The position numbers were made by a program, and so were the translations under genes. DNA of 64,000 bases from Octopus vulgaris (Eukaryota). The DNA lies in NCBI GenBank assembly GCA_951406725.2, contig OX597825.1, forward strand, positions 26,040,001-26,104,000. The letters are read 5' to 3'. Positions 62,770 through 64,000 of this stretch are shown here, in pieces; position 1 is the stretch's first letter; every line of letters starts with the position of its first letter. The notes under the pieces were generated by a model. It was given only the letters and a program-made list of their open reading frames with translations, was not told the DNA's origin and did no database searches.

Positions 62770-63640
62770 TACTCTCTTTACTCTTTACTTTTTTACTTGT
62801 TTCAGTCATTTGACTGTGGCCATGCTGGAGCATCACCTTTAGTCGAGCAAATCGACCCCAGAACTTATTCTTTGTAAGCCTAATACTTATTCTATCGGTC
62901 CCTTTTGCCAAGCCGCTAAGTGACGGGGACGTAAACTCACCAGCATCGGTTGTTAAGCGATGTTGGAGGGGGGACAAATACAGACGCACCAACATATACA
63001 CACACACATACATATATATATACTCTTTTACTCTTTTACTCCTTTACTTGTTTCAGTCATTTGACTGCGGCCATGCTGGAGCACCGCCTTTAATCGAGGA
63101 ACTCGACCCCGGGACTTATTCTTTGTAAGCCCAGTACTTATTCTATCGGTCTCTTTTTGCCGAACCGCTAAGTAACGGGGACATAAACACACCAGCATTG
63201 GTTGTCAAGCAATGCTAGGGGACAAACACAGACACACAAACACACACACGCATATATATATATATATACATATATACGACGGGCTTCTTTTGAGTTTCCG
63301 TCTACCAAATCCACTCATAAGGCTTTGGTCAGCCCAAGGCTATAGTAGAAGACACTTGCCCAAGGTGCCATGCAGTGGGACTGAACCCGGAACCATGTGG
63401 TTGATAGACAAGCTACTTACCACACAGCCACTCCTGTATACATATATATACGATGTGATTCCACACAGCCACTCCTGTATACATATATATACAATGGGAT
63501 TCCGTCTACTAAATCCACTCACAAGGCTTTGGTCGGCTCGAGGCTATCGTAGAAGGCACTTGCCCAAGTTGCCACCCACTGGGATTGAACTCGGAACCAT
63601 GTGGTTGGTAAGCAAGCTACTTACCACACAGCCACTCCTA
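62770..63640 (-). mobile_element. Nested SINE family A: full copy (63021-63436) between the 3' half (62770-63020) and 5' half (about 63490-63640) of another
   Basis: Two tails and two heads in nested order. Confidence 0.85.
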
Positions 63641-64000
63641 TTTACCTAAACAACAACAAAAAAAGGTCACAGATCAGGTATATCTTTAAATTCCAAATCA
63701 TGTTAAACATATTGAAGCGTGCAAGTTTAAACATAGACACTCCATCATACATTCATTTTTTGTTCATCATATGCGATGATCCTGATATTTATATCCTTCT
63801 TTCATTTTATTAAAGATCACTAGCAACAGATCCACCCGCAACCCCTACATCTTTGGCCACTCTCTATTAAACGTCTATTGTACACCACCTAACAACCCAG
63901 GATTGAAAACTCGTTGTTCTCATTGGTATTTCAAAGTCAAATGAAATTAATTACTCGCTAGTCTCACACAAGATCAGTTTATACAAAGTGGAAATGAGCA

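Overview
AT-rich, microsatellite-dense, almost entirely non-coding eukaryotic DNA. The SINE repertoire (tRNA-headed OR1/OR2-like, CORE-type and Meta-type SINEs) and the long (TA)n/(TCTA)n tracts point to an octopus/cephalopod intron or intergenic region (inference). No host gene is firmly supported; there is one candidate 96-nt minus-strand exon at 13691-13786. The only long real ORF is a young, 5'-truncated CR1/L2-group LINE reverse transcriptase (6152-8250, minus). Other relics: three RTE 3' ends, a decayed Tc1/mariner, a pogo/Tigger-like MITE, more than 30 SINE pieces, and at least seven unrelated Penelope-like element (PLE) remnants. The most interesting structure is a recurring architecture: (TA)n - inverted repeat of a PLE terminal region carrying a minimal hammerhead-ribozyme-like motif on each strand - (TA)n. 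One PLE end carries a tRNA-derived Pol III-like head upstream of its hammerhead. A LINE/SINE partner pair shares a 3' stem-loop with compensatory changes. Nearly all listed short ORFs are microsatellite translations. Everything was read by eye, so coordinates are approximate and family names are from memory, not database searches.
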